From Eledone cirrhosa (Eukaryota), in NCBI GenBank assembly GCA_964016885.1, contig OZ024748.1, positions 23,808,001-23,872,000 on the forward strand: a stretch of 64,000 bases of DNA, given 5' to 3'. Below, piece by piece: positions 63,519 through 64,000 of this stretch. Position 1 is the first letter of the stretch. The number at the start of each line of letters is the position of its first letter. The notes under the pieces were generated by a model. That model saw only the letters and a list, made by a program, of their open reading frames with translations, searched no databases and was not told the origin of the DNA. Both the position numbers and the translations under genes were made by a program.

Positions 63519-63937
63519 CGTCATCACCGTCGCCGCCGCCGCCACCTTCACCGTCAACGTCGTTGCCGTCGTCGCCGTCGTCATCGTTGTTGTCGTCCTT
63601 GTTTCATTTGTTATTGTCATCGTAACTACTCTTATTGTTGTTCTTATTGTTCTTGCTATAGCTGCCATTGTTGCTACTGTTGTTTGCTGTTGTTGCTGCT
63701 GCTGTTGTTATTGTAGTTGTTGTAGCTGCTGTTGTTGTTATTATTGCTGCGCTTGTTGGTACTGTTGTTGTTGTTGTTGTTACAGCTGTTGTTGCTGTTA
63801 TTGTCGTTGTTTTTGCTGCTGTTTTGCTATTATTGCTGCTGCTGTTGTTGCTACTGCTGTTGTTGCTGCTGTTGTTGTCGTTGTTATTGTAGCTGATGTT
63901 GCTGCTGTTGTTGTTGTTGTTGTTATTATTATTATTA
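63519..63937. repeat. Compound (CGT/CGC)n then (GTT/GCT/ATT)n trinucleotide low-complexity tract
   Basis: Directly visible; source of the poly-N/S/T/V/L ORFs. Confidence 0.93.
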
Positions 63938-63938
63938 G

Positions 63939-64000
63939 GGCGGTGTATTGGCATTATCGGTAGAGGGTCAGACGCCATGCTTTGCAGCAAAGAGTTACGG
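63939..64000 (+). mobile_element. 5' part of a third copy of the Nin-like SINE (runs off window end)
   Basis: ggcggtgtattggcattatcggtagagggtcagacgccatgctttgcagca aligns to 61856-61910. Confidence 0.8.

Noticed and set aside
63077-63990. Poly-His, poly-Val and poly-Asn/Thr proteins
   Set aside because: Translations of trinucleotide microsatellites open in several frames and strands; the 63604..63990 ORF starts inside a SINE.

Overview
Eukaryotic (animal) genomic DNA; the SINE families and microsatellite-rich, AT-rich flank suggest a mollusc, possibly an octopus (inference). About 57.7 kb is a degenerate (TTAGGG)n telomere-like satellite with kb-scale higher-order duplications. It reads TTAGGG on + from 1 to ~34306, CCCTAA from ~34307 to ~57690, then TTAGGG again for ~48 bp. 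Both strand switches fall on an in-phase TTAA, which fits a 23.4-kb inversion inside one array; an end-to-end telomere fusion is the alternative. The final TTAGGG repeats run directly into the 3' end of a decayed, 5'-truncated Penelope-like retroelement on the - strand (RT with YRDD, thumb, CxCx5C linker, C-terminal GIY-YIG). Beside its truncated 5' end, on the + strand, is a compact TATA/Inr - hammerhead-ribozyme-like fold - AATAAA module that looks like an inverted pseudo-LTR. The last 4 kb holds four long palindromes/inverted repeats next to (TA)n tracts, four tRNA-derived SINE copies and simple repeats. No intact protein-coding gene is supported; the GL/VR/TL/NP-rich ORFs are translations of the repeat.
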